DNA from: the human T2T-CHM13v2.0 reference genome, Homo sapiens
Assembly (NCBI RefSeq): GCF_009914755.1
Contig: NC_060928.1
DNA: 64,000 nucleotides
Strand: one strand, 5' to 3'
This document shows, in pieces, positions 13,203 to 24,318 of this stretch; positions within the stretch are counted from its first letter, which is position 1; the number at the start of each line of letters is the position of its first letter. A model generated the notes under the pieces. That model worked only from the letters and a program-made list of their open reading frames with translations, ran no database searches and was not told the origin of the DNA. Both the position numbers and the translations under genes were made by a program.

Positions 13203-15199
13203 TCCCACAACACATGGGAATTACAGGAGCTACAAAATGAGATTTAGGTAGGGACACAGCCAAATCATATCATTCCACCCCTGGCCCCTCCCAAATCTCT
13301 TATCTACACATTTCAAAGGCAGTCATGCCTTCCCAATAGTCTTCCAAAGTCTTAACTAATTTCAACATTAACTCAAAAGTCCACAGTCCAAAGTCTCATC
13401 CACACCAAGGCAAGCCCCTTCTGCCTATAAGCCTGTAAAATCAAAAGCAAGTTAGTTACTTTGTAGATACAATGGGGGTCCAGGCATTGGGTAAATACAG
13501 CTGTTCCAAATGGGAGAAATTGGCCAAAACAAAGGGACTACAGGCCCCATGCAAGTCCAAAATCCAGCAGAGCAGTCAAATATTAAAGCTCTGAAATAAT
13601 CTCCTTTGACTCCATCTCTCACATCCAGGTCACGATGATGCAAAAGGTCCGTTCCTGTAGTCTTGGGCAGCTCTGCCTCTGTGGCTTTGCAAGGTACAGG
13701 CTCCCTCCTGGCTGCCTTCACAGACTGGTATTGAGTGTCTGTGGCTTTTCCAGGCACACAGTGCAAGCTGTCAGTGGATCTACCATTCTGGGGTCTAGAG
13801 GACAGTAGCCCTTTTCTCACAGCTCCACTAGGCTGTGCCCCAGTAGGGACTCTGTGTGGGGGCTCCAACCCCACATTTCCCGTCTGCACTGCCCTAGCAG
13901 AGTTTCTCCATGAGGACCTCGCCCCTATGGCAAACTTCTTCCTGGGCATCCAGGAGTTTCCATACATCTTCCAAAATCTAGGCAGAGGTTCCCAAACCTC
14001 AATTCCTGACTTCTGTACACTGGCAGGTTCAACACCATGTGGAAGCTGCCAAGGCTTGGGTCTTGCACTCTCTGAAGCCACAGTCTGAGTTCTGTTGGCC
14101 CCTTACAGCCACAGTTGGAGTGCCTGGGATGCAGGACATCAAGTCCCTAGGCTGCACATAGCATAGGGACCCTGGGCCCGACCCACAAAACCACTTTTTC
14201 CTCCCAAACCTCCAGGCCTCTGATGTGGGAGCTTGCCATGAAGACCTCTGACATGCCTTGGAGACATCTGTCCCATTGGCTTGGAGATTGACATTTGGAT
14301 CCTTGTTACTTATGCAAATTTCTGCAGCTGGCTTGGATTTCTCCTCAGAAAATGGGATTTTCTTTTTATCACATTTTCAGGCAGCAAATTTTCCAAACTT
14401 TTATGCTCTGTTTTCCTTTTAAAACTGAATTTCTTTGATAGCACCCAAATCCCCTCTTGAATGCTTTACTGCTCAGAAATTTATTGCACCAGATACCCTA
14501 AATCGTCTCTCTCAAGGTCAACATTCCACATGTATATAAATGCCACCAGTCTCTTTGCTAAAACATAACAAGAGTCACCTTTGCTCCAGTTCCCAAAAAG
14601 ATCCTCATCTTCGTCTGAGACCAACTCAGCCTGGACCTTATTGTCCATATCACTATCAGGCTTTTGGTCAAAGCCATTCGCCCAGTCTCTAGGAAGTTCC
14701 AAACTTGCTCACATTTTCCTGTCTTCTGAGTCCTCGAAACTGTTCCCACCTCTGCCTGTTACCCAGTTCCAAAGTCACTTCCACATTTTCAAGTATCTTT
14801 TCAGTAGCACCCCACTCCTGGTACAAATTTACTGTATTAGTTTGTTTTCATGCTGCTGATAAAGATATGCCCAAGACTGAGCAATTTACAAAAGAAAGAG
14901 ATTTATTGGATTTACAGTTCCACATGGCTGGGGAGGGCTCACAATCACAGAGGAAGGCAAGGAGGAGCAAGTGACATCTTATGTGGATGGCAGCAGGCAA
15001 AAAGAGAGCTTGTGCAGAGAAACTCCCTTTTTTAAAACCACCAGATCTCTATGAGACCCATTCAGTGTCATGAGAACAACATGGGAAAGACTCAACCCCA
15101 TGATTCAATCTTCTCCCACCAGATCCCTCCCACAACATGTGGGAATTATGGGAGCTACAAGGTGAGATTTCAGTGGGGACAGAGAGCCAAACCATATCA
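13203..15199 (-). mobile_element. THE1B-like MaLR: full 5' LTR (14833-15199), internal region (13273-14832), only ~70 bp of the 3' LTR (13203-13272)
   Basis: LTR TGTATTAG...TTTCATGCTGCTGATAAAGA...CCAAACCATATCA; internal boundary TTCCACCCCTGGCCCC; the 209-aa ORF 13452-14081 is the MaLR internal ORF remnant. Confidence 0.93.
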
Positions 15200-15200
15200 A

Positions 15201-16600
15201 ACCTCAATGTAGAATAACCTTAGTAGTTGTCACTCTCACTTTTACAACAAGAACAAAAGCAATTACAAATTGAAAATGAATAACTTTTCTTGGACTCATC
15301 AGAGGGAAAATCACCATCTCAAAATTTGGAAAGAAACATGTGAATAGTAATTTTGATAAATTGTTGGAACTTTTGTATGGACTAACTTCAGGGGCAAAAA
15401 GTCTTGGGAATCCATAGTCTTAAAATTCCACCAGGTTCTCACATTTGGAAGTTGAAAAAGACCTCTTTGTAATCCTGGGAGGGAGAAGGGAGGAATAACC
15501 TTTGTAAAGCATGTCAGAGTGTTCTTCATTACAAATGCTTACTTTCCAGGAGAAAGGGCTTTGCCTAAACACAAAATTATGAGAGAACTTTATCTTAGCT
15601 ATGGTGAAGGGGGCATTTCTCACTTGGCTCCTCACTTAGCCTTCCTGTGCTACCCAAGAGAAAGATTAAAAAAAAAGGGTTAACCAACACCAGGGTTTCT
15701 AGAAAATAGGTAGGACTATTGCATCCAGGAAATGAAGTAACCAGCAGGTGGAAAAACAGCTATCCATAATACCCGAAGAGGGACAGAAATGCTTGTGAAG
15801 GCCACAATCTCAAGATAAAGCCTTGGTAAAGAAATGAAAATCCAGAATATTATAGAAACTTCCCCTACTCCACACTTTATCACACCGTCAGGGGCACAGT
15901 ATAATATCAGTAGATAATGAGAAAAAAAGAGATGCAAGACACAGTCTCTTTGGATAGTAGTGCACAGGGAAGCACCATAGCAAGAGGGCAAACAAAACTA
16001 AGAATATTCAAGGAATTTGAAGCCTCTGCTTCCTATGATTACAGCAATATTAAATATAGATAAGCACCTAGCAAGATTAAAATAAACCAAAGTCCTATTT
16101 ATCATATTTCCTGTTACCTGACACAACAGCTTTCAACAAAACCTTATAAGGTGTGACAAAAGGCAAGATAAATCAAGTCAGAAGATACAAAACAGTCATC
16201 AAATCCAGACTCAGATATAACACAAATGTTGGGATTATCACACAGAGAACTTAAAATAACTATGGTTAATATGTTAAAATCCCTAACAAAAAAAGTTGAC
16301 AATATGCAAAACAAAAAAATATGACAATATGCAAGATGGGTAATGTAAGCAGAAAATTAAAATTCTAAGAAATAATCCAGAGGAAATTCTGGGAATCAAA
16401 TCCACAGTAACAAGAATGAAGAATTTTTTTTTTTTTGACGGGCTTATCAGTAGATGTGACAAGACAAGGAATCGGTGAACTTGAAGATAGATCAACAGAT
16501 TTTTCTTCAGAACTAAATAAAATAAATCAACAAAATGAATAAAATTGAAAAACTACAGAATAGAAGATGCAAGAACTGTGGGACAATGTAAAATGAAAAC
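15201..16600 (+). mobile_element. Old L1M (L1MC/MD-like) 5'UTR-ORF1 fragment
   Basis: GTCACTCTCACTTTTACAACAAG...TTCTTGGACTCATCAGAG 5' motif; ORF1-like CCAGACTCAGATATAACACAAATGTTGGGATTATCA and GAACTGTGGGACAAT. Confidence 0.75.
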
Positions 16601-17637
16601 TTTAAGCTTTGTCCTGTAAAGTTATCAAGCAAAAGTTAGAATATTCTAGGCTAAGTGATCAGCATACATGTAAAAAGACATGGAATTAGGAAAAAATATA
16701 GCATATTTAGGGAGGAATTTAAAGCTTAATGTGACTATTACGACAGAATATGTGGGAAGAGCCAAAAATGATGCTAAGAATCAGGCTGTAATAGTTTCAT
16801 ATACCAAGCACTTGAGTTGAGACTTCAATTTGGGGCCATTATGAAGCTGGTATACTCTTCATGCAAAGAAGCAACATGAACTGATTTGAGTTTTTTGAAA
16901 TAATCTTTGAATGCAGTGAGAGAAAGAATAATCTGAGCTTGAGGTTTTTTTCAATTGTATTTTATGTGGTTATTTAGAAATAAAGTGATATCAAGAAGTA
17001 TAAAGATAAAAATCCTACTATTTTCTATCTCATTCACTCTTTCATGACCCTTTTTTAAATTATAAGGACTTCATAGCTGGGAAGGGAGTTCTCGTTGGGC
17101 ATGAACCCCTTAAATGTGAGTTTGCAACTTTGAATTCATGTATGCCTGTGTAATTTTTTGAGGAAAAACGATTAGCATTTACGGAAGATTAGGGTAACAT
17201 TGTATAAGATCAATTTTATTCCGTAATACAACATATCATAAAATATGTTTATTACTGTTATAGTTGTATCTATATGTGAAATTACTGTCCACATACTGAA
17301 TCTCAGTCTACTATCACTACCTCAGGGAAGCATGTCATGATCTTCCCAAATCGAGTTATCTATCCTCTTTAAAGATTGAACTCTGTATACGAACTTCCGT
17401 ATCTTTGGTACTTAACACATCATACTAAAAAAATAGACTTGTCTTCCCAATCAGAATATAAACAATGATAAAACACTCTCAAAACCTATCTTAAGACATT
17501 AAAAAAGTTGCCCCTTAAAATATTGGTTGAAAATAAATTACAATTATTTTAATAAAATCAAATTGGGATACACACTAGGTATTTTGGTATTATGACATTA
17601 TTGGTTTGGCTACAAGCTGTCAGACATTTATTCTTAC

Positions 17638-17737
17638 CAAATATATTGAAGCTTATTAAGAATTGGTAAAAGGACCAGATGGATTATAGGCACATAAATA
17701 CCAGAGAAGCAGCAGTGAATCCCAAATACAATGCTGT
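17638..17737 (-). pseudogene. Fossil exon E15
   Basis: Acceptor region TTCTTTTAG...ATTCATAG|ACAGC; strong donor TTG|GTAAGA; QHCIWDSLLLLWYLCAYNPSGPFTNS**ASIYL (frame uncertain). Confidence 0.5.
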
Positions 17738-17882
17738 CTATGAATATTAATTTCTAAAAGAACGTGATGGGGATATCTTTGTATTTTTATGCTTTTAAAA
17801 AATACATCAGCATATATTCAACAGAATAATTCATCTGATGTGATGTATTAATATATGCCATTTCTAGCATTCTAGTTTTTAC

Positions 17883-17996
17883 CCTATTATTTTTCTTCCA
17901 CTCAACGAAGCATGTTAGAATGCAAATGAAGAAGTTTCAGGTTGCTATAAGAATAATGCCATTTATGATGTAATTCATATTGTTAAAAGTGCATCT
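17883..17996 (-). pseudogene. Fossil exon E14
   Basis: Acceptor TTTCCAAATTTCTCTAG|A; donor AGG|GTAAAA; 114 nt, phase 2-2; DALLTI*ITS*MALFL*QPETSSFAF*HASLSGRKII. Confidence 0.5.
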
Positions 17997-18471
17997 CTAG
18001 AGAAATTTGGAAATTTAATTATTAGTACTAACAAATTCATTACAACACTGAAGAAATAATGGTGACAGATAAGTGTATAATAACACCACTCTTGAAAATA
18101 TCTATCTTTGAATACCTTCTGTTTAATATCAGAAGAATTATAAGTATTATAAACACTAATTGTAAACAGAGCAAAATTTTACTATCTGTAAAACAGCATG
18201 ATAGCTTACCCTCCCGAGCTCATAGGATTGCTGTATTAAATGAAATGATGAATATGTAATGATTTTCAAAGTATCTAGTGCAGCATGACAAATTAATAAT
18301 TATTTTCCATTTTAATTAATTACTACTATGAGCAATAAAATGTTCATTATGAAGTCCTTTTACATGTGCTGTTCCAACTGAGAGGGAAAGCTAACACATG
18401 GTATTTCATCCTCGATTTATTTACAAGGAAATAAAATGTTAGAAAAAAATTTTTGAAAGTTCTTTATCTAT

Positions 18472-18690
18472 GAGGCAGCATAGCATAGTGGTAACCTACT
18501 GACTCAAACTGATGTTACATCTTCTGAGTCTCCCAACTCTGCCATTCATTAGAGGTGTGTGCTTGGTGCTTGGCTACTTAATCTTTTAAGCCCTCACGTT
18601 CCTCATTTCATGTTTAATATTTACATAGCACTTATGAGAGTCCCCAATGATAGTAAGTCCTTTATAAGTGTTTGTTAAATAAATAAAAAA
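18472..18690 (+). mobile_element. MIR
   Basis: GAGGCAGCATAGCATAGTGGT start and core CTTAATCTTTTAAGCCCTCACGTTCCTCAT. Confidence 0.65.
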
Positions 18691-18745
18691 GAAAAATTGG
18701 GTAACTTTAAATACACTCTTATTGAGTAAAAACTTCACCTCTTGC

Positions 18746-18832
18746 CTGGACTTGTTTCTGACTCTTTTCTCTGAGTTGTCATTTAAAAGCACTGAAAATT
18801 GTTTGTATCTTTTCAACATTTAATTTTTTAAA
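18746..18832 (-). pseudogene. Fossil exon E13
   Basis: Acceptor TTTAACTTTTCAAG|T; donor CAG|GCAAGA (GC, one change from GTAAGA); 87 nt, phase 2-2; LKN*MLKRYKQFSVLLNDNSEKRVRNKS. Confidence 0.5.
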
Positions 18833-19153
18833 CTTGAAAAGTTAAATACAGGTTTTCAACATTAAAAAAATTAAAAAATTAAAAAAATAAAAGCACTGTC
18901 TCGTTTAATAGCTAAGGATCTTACTTTTCTCATGTGAAACTACGGATAACTCATTTTTGACTAAGTCCCAAATATGTGACTCCAAAGTAGTTCAAGTCAA
19001 AAAGACTTTCTGCTCCTAAAAGACCAAATATGGGTGTAATATCTATATCAAAAATTATACAGCCCAGCAACATGGATGGTTTCTGCACTTCTTTGAGGTC
19101 TAGTTGCTAATACATTATCTTGTTTCAGGAAATGCACAATTACCCTTACTCAC

Positions 19154-19330
19154 TATAGAAGCAACTAAATTTCACAGACAAATTATTTTTCATATTCTGG
19201 GATTCCTCTTTGCATAATGCCATTACAATCTTCATCTAATTTTTTATTTTCTTAATGAGAACCACTATGGATCTCAGAAGCATCATTCAAAAGGACCACC
19301 ATTTAAATTTTGCCTAAACCTCACCTCCAT
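19154..19330 (-). pseudogene. Fossil exon E12
   Basis: Branch point and acceptor TTCTAACACCTTGCAG|AT; donor TA|GTGAGT; DGGEV*AKFK then frameshift to MVVLLNDASEIHSGSH*ENKKLDEDCNGIMQRGIPEYEK*FVCEI*LLL. Confidence 0.62.
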
Positions 19331-19417
19331 CTGCAAGGTGTTAGAAGTATTAGATCTGCTTTTTAATGTAAGATTCATAACCATTCATTCCAATATTATT
19401 TATTGTCCTAAATATAC

Positions 19418-19492
19418 CATTAAAACAGAATAGTGAGAGAGCAACTCATAGCCACGTATTTTCTGACAAACTTGGACATTCAGAATGGATTT
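19418..19492 (-). pseudogene. Fossil exon E11
   Basis: Acceptor TTTTCTTCTTTCCTGATCAG|AA; donor ATG|GTATAT; 75 nt; IHSECPSLSENTWL*VALSLFCFN; 87-nt intron to E12. Confidence 0.58.
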
Positions 19493-20717
19493 CTGATCAG
19501 GAAAGAAGAAAATTACAAGCATCTTTTTAGAGGATAAAAGGAAAAAAATGATAAAATAAGATTCAGAGTTCAGAGAACATAAGAAATAAGAATCATGGAT
19601 TTTGATAATTCCACTCAATTCCATTGACGAATCATTCTGACTAAATTTAGGAGAACTCCATATTGTTATTACTTCAGTGGTTTTCTCCCACAAAATCATG
19701 GTGAAATTATCCCAAATATTGTGATATAAACCCTAAATGTTTGTATTGTTATAATAACTAAGGATTAGTTATTTTGGTACTAGTTAAGATGTAATTTTAA
19801 CAAAAAAGAAAGCACATCTTTACTTTACAAATGTGTTTTTAATATGATCTTTCTAAGTAATTAAACCTTTAGGCTTTCATATATAGACAAGGAATAATTT
19901 TTATGTTATGATGATGCTATTAGCTAACGCCAGTCTATCTCTTCACTATAGAATTTGTAAAAACATTCTCCAAACTCCCTAAGTGTTATACAATAAAGAG
20001 TTATTTTATTATAGAAGACAGAATCCATTTATTTTGCATTTTCTTAACTGCAATGAAGTTATTCAAAATCATTAAGTAAAGCTAGGAAGGCAGATTAAAT
20101 GCACTATTAAGGCGATAAAGGAAATGCACTAATGTTGATATCTGTCCATCACCAGAGGCAAATTGCATGATTTTGAAAATATAGTGACAATTTGTATTGG
20201 GATTAGTGAAGCTAAACTCAGTTTCCTGAATAGGATATAGACTAGATAATTATATTCTTTCTCCTTATGTCCCTATAGTAATTTTATTTGAATAGTATTA
20301 TGTCTCATCTTGTTCTATTTTTTTTCTATTTTCTATTTATCTGGTGCTCAAATATAAGAAGATTCTGTTACCCTTAGTTCATCCTGGTTTCCTTCTGTGT
20401 AGCCAGGGATTTATCAGGTCAAATGGGAGTTATATTCAGTAATAGCATTCTGCATTTTCTTTTTCTTATAGCCTCAGGAATTACACACTAAAAAGGTGAA
20501 CAAAGGGACAAAGAAGGAGTATTTTGATGATAAAAAAATACCAAAATCTGTTCCATGCAAAATTTTTAGCATATATTTTTTAACCATGGTAGGCACAGGA
20601 AGAATTTTATTAAGTAAGAACTGAGATTACACTCACAATAAACAATTCAAAGTTTATAATTTGTTGTCAGTCATGTCAGGCATCATACTAGAACTCCAAA
20701 TATGTCCACTGACTTAC

Positions 20718-20885
20718 TTTTTATTTGTATAATGATGGCAAGGAGCTGCTCTAGACAGTAAATTATGAAGTCATTATCGCAATTCTTGTAATAAGCAGTC
20801 ATCTTTTCTTCTGATTCATGACTTGCAACTTCACCAGATGTATGCTGTAATCTTTTTGACTTGGTTATCCTATTGTGTCTTATTG
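20718..20885 (-). pseudogene. Fossil exon E10
   Basis: Acceptor CCTATTTTATTATGCAG|CA; consensus donor A|GTAAGT; 168 nt; one fully open frame IRHNRITKSKRLQHTSGEVASHESEEKMTAYYKNCDNDFIIYCLEQLLAIIIQIK. Confidence 0.68.
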
Positions 20886-21261
20886 CTGCATAATAAAATA
20901 GGAGGTAACAACTGAACAATCTGATGAGCTAATTAGAGTTCTGAGGAGCTTGAGTAATGCTTAAATCCTTTCTTTCATTGGAATCACACTTAACTCTGGG
21001 TCCAAAGATTGAAGAGTCACATCTTACAAACTTCCATGAATTCCTATTTTGTTTACGGTCCCTGTAGCAAAGCTTAACCTGCTTTGCATCATTTAAGAAC
21101 GCTTTTGCTTTGCATGCAAATGTTTATAAATTTTCAAATTAAAAATAGAAAATCAATTCAAGTATACCAATGCCAATATTCCTTCTTGGTAAAATAAGGA
21201 TAGTATGATAAACATTACTCAATAGTAATAAACATCAATGTTAGAGCCATGAGGTCATTTT

Positions 21262-21640
21262 TTTGAGAACATGCTATATTTTACTTTCTGTGTCTGGCTT
21301 ATTTCATTTAATATAATGTCCTCCAGTTCTGCCATGTTGTTGCAAATAACAGGATTTCATTATTTATGGCTGAATAATATATCATGTATATTCCAGTTAA
21401 ACCCATTTTCTTTATTCATTCATTCATTGATTAACAAAGATTTATTTGGTATCTTGGCAATTGTGAATAGTGATGCAATAAACATAGGAGTGTAGATATA
21501 TCTTTGATATGCTGTTTTTCTTCCTTTGAATATGGGATTTCTGGATCATATGGTAGTCCTATTTTTAGTTTTTTGAGGAACCTCCACACTGTTTTCTATA
21601 GTGGCTGTAATAACTTATATCCATACCAACTGTATGCAAG
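21262..21640 (-). mobile_element. L1MA-type 3' fragment
   Basis: TGTGTCTGGCTTATTTCATTTAATATAATGTCCTCCAG...TTTTTGAGGAACCTCCACACTGTTTT antisense L1 ORF2 end/3'UTR. Confidence 0.85.
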
Positions 21641-22084
21641 AAAAGAACTTGGTATCTTGACTCAGGCATTTCTTATTGTAATCCTAGTTTCCTATGCCTG
21701 ATTTATTTGAAAGCTTCAGCTTTCACTTATGTACATAAAGTTATGATTTATAACAACTGGATGTTTATGTTGAATTCCTTTGTAAATATCATGAATACCA
21801 CTGAATGATTATATTTTTATTAAAACTTCAAGATAAAATAAAATTTTAAAAATTACTGTTTATTATTTCATTATTTCAAAGCTCTTATTTAAAAACTGCA
21901 GAATCTATAAGTGCTATCATAAATGTCAAAAGGCTAAGAAATAAATATTGACTCTCTTTTATGCAAGTTATAATTTAGTAATTAATGGATTATATACAGA
22001 AAGCCACACAAATAAAACTAGAATTAAAGGCACATACATAATAATAATTTGTTTTAATGACCTAAAGAAAATAAAGAATTGGTT

Positions 22085-22260
22085 GGCCAGGCGTGGGGGC
22101 GCATGCCTGTAATCCCAGCACTTTGGGAGGCTGAGGCAGGAGAATCACTTGAATACAGGAAGCAGAGTTCGAAGTGAGCCGAGATCATGCCACTGCACTC
22201 TAGCCCGGGCAACAGAGCAAGACTCTGTCTCAAAAAAAAAAAAAAAAAAAAAGAAAGAAA
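22085..22260 (+). mobile_element. Monomer-length Alu (left-arm start fused to right arm)
   Basis: GGCCAGGCGTGG...CCCAGCACTTTGGGAGGCTGAGGCAGGAGAATCACTTGAA...poly(A); TSD AAAGAATTGGT on both sides. Confidence 0.9.
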
Positions 22261-22894
22261 GAATTGGTCAAAGCAGGTGGCTCCTTGAAGTAGTGAATCT
22301 CAGTACCCCTTTTAACTAGAGACTTAATGCTCACTGTAGAGTTTTATTCACACAAAGAGAAAAACTTAGAAAAGCGTCTGATTCTTAGACTCTTAGTCTC
22401 TGTCCTTAAGAAATCACCTCACTTTTTAAATATGGCATAAAGTGCTTTTCAAAAAGAGAGTTGATGAACTTTGTTGGTTTAGCATCTCTTACTGGGCACA
22501 GGACTAAAGACTTTGAGGTATCTATATTAATTTGTGTGGGGAGTAGATGAACTGTTCTTTTATTAGTTTTGCTCCATTTTATTAAAAGGTTGCAGAGGGT
22601 AGTATTGAGCAGTGCTTTGCAGTTTATAATGAAACTTGAAAGTAAACTACCTGAATCCTAGGTCTTGCTCCCTCTTTTAAACTCATTCAGAATAAAAGCA
22701 AGTATGATTATTTGATGTTCATTATCCTACTAATGATTCTGACATAAAGAGCATATTACATGCCATAATGAATCTAACTTACTGTTGTCCAATCATTTAC
22801 CTTTCATTTGAGTATGAATCTTGAACTTGGAGGACTAACTTCTTGAATAGTGCCACTGAGGTCACAACACAAATGTGGATTAGGTGTCTGCTTT

Positions 22895-23298
22895 AGCCAG
22901 GCACAGGGAGACACATGTCGATGTTCTCACTCATATGTGGGAGCCAAAAACATTGATCTCATGGAAACAGAGAATAGAATGGTACGTACTAGAGGCTGGG
23001 AACAGTGCATGGGTGGAAAGGAGGATAAAAAGAGATTAATAAATAAATAAAAACTTATGGTTAGATAGAACAAATAAGCCCTAGTAGCAGAATAGGGTGA
23101 CTATAGTTAATGACATTATATCGTATGTATTAGTTAGAAGATAGAAATTGAAATGTTACTGACACATAGAAATGATAAATACACCAGGTGACGTATACTC
23201 CAAATACCATGACTTGATCATTACATACTCTATGATGTAACAAATACTTTGCTTGTACCCCATATATTTGTAAAATATTTTAATTCAATAAAAATAAT
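22895..23298 (+). mobile_element. L1MA-type 3'UTR fragment
   Basis: ATGTTCTCACTCATATGTGGGAGC...ATAGGGTGACTATAGTTAAT...CAATAAAAATAA. Confidence 0.85.
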
Positions 23299-23999
23299 AC
23301 GTTTTTATTCTTAGTTAAAAACAGACACCTACTTTTTTCCAAATTCTGTCATAGATTACTGAAAGTAAAAAAGATAAAAGAGACTTCTGGCCTTATTAGA
23401 AATTAAGAGTTTAATATACATCCTTAAATTCAATCACTTCCATGGCCAGTGAAGAATGAGTGGCCTTCATCATTATAGACAATGGACATGATAATAAAAT
23501 AAATCCTACAAAGAGGAGACTTTTTCATGATACTGTGTTTATTTTCAGTTCTAAATAACGGAGCAGCAATTACAGTTGGTGGAGTTCCCCATAAATATTT
23601 AAAATACCAAACAGGCAGTTAACAGAAATATGTGACCCATTTATACAAGATAGTTTGGGCTTCAGATTATAGCAACTTCTAGTTTGAGGGGATCTTGAAA
23701 ATTATGCATGCTCAGTTTACTCCTAGTATAAGCATAGACCAGTAGAAAAAGAGTTGAGGCTTTGGAGCCAAACTGTCAAGGTTAAAATCCCTGTTCAAAC
23801 TCTTAGTCCCTGACATTAGGAAAACACCTCACTTTTATTTTCATATTTATAAAAGGAAGGAAGTCCTTTTATCATAAATTCACTTACTGCTTAATTTAAT
23901 ACATGCAAAGAGTAAGTGATATTGGCTCACACATAATAAAACACTCAACAAAACTTAGGTATTATGAAAATTTTAAGAATTATTGCTCTTCTTGACAGA

Positions 24000-24318
24000 A
24001 ATGGTTAACATTTTCTGAGAGAGACCATATAGGTAATCAATGTTTTAAGCTTCACAGCCCATATGATGTATTTCCCAATTATTCAAATCTGCCCTTGCAG
24101 TGTGAAAGGAGACATAGAAAATATGTAAATGAAAGATGACTTTTACAATAAAACTTTATATATGGACACTACAATTTGAATGTCATGTAATTTATGTTCC
24201 ACAAAATGTTCTTTAATTGGTATGTTTCAGCCATTTCAAAATGTAGAAACCGTACATAGATTTGGGGCTGTACAAAAGCCACCTGGATTTGCACCACTGA
24301 CAGTAGTTTGAGGGCCCT
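24000..24318. mobile_element. MER58B-like hAT-Charlie MITE
   Basis: TATTCAAATCTGCCCTTGCAGTGTGAAAG, CAATAAAACTTTAT and terminal GTAGTTTGAGGGCCCTG motifs. Confidence 0.7.

Noticed and set aside
13452-14081. 209-aa ORF, the longest in the track
   Set aside because: Lies within the THE1 internal region; it is the known MaLR ORF remnant, not a cellular gene.
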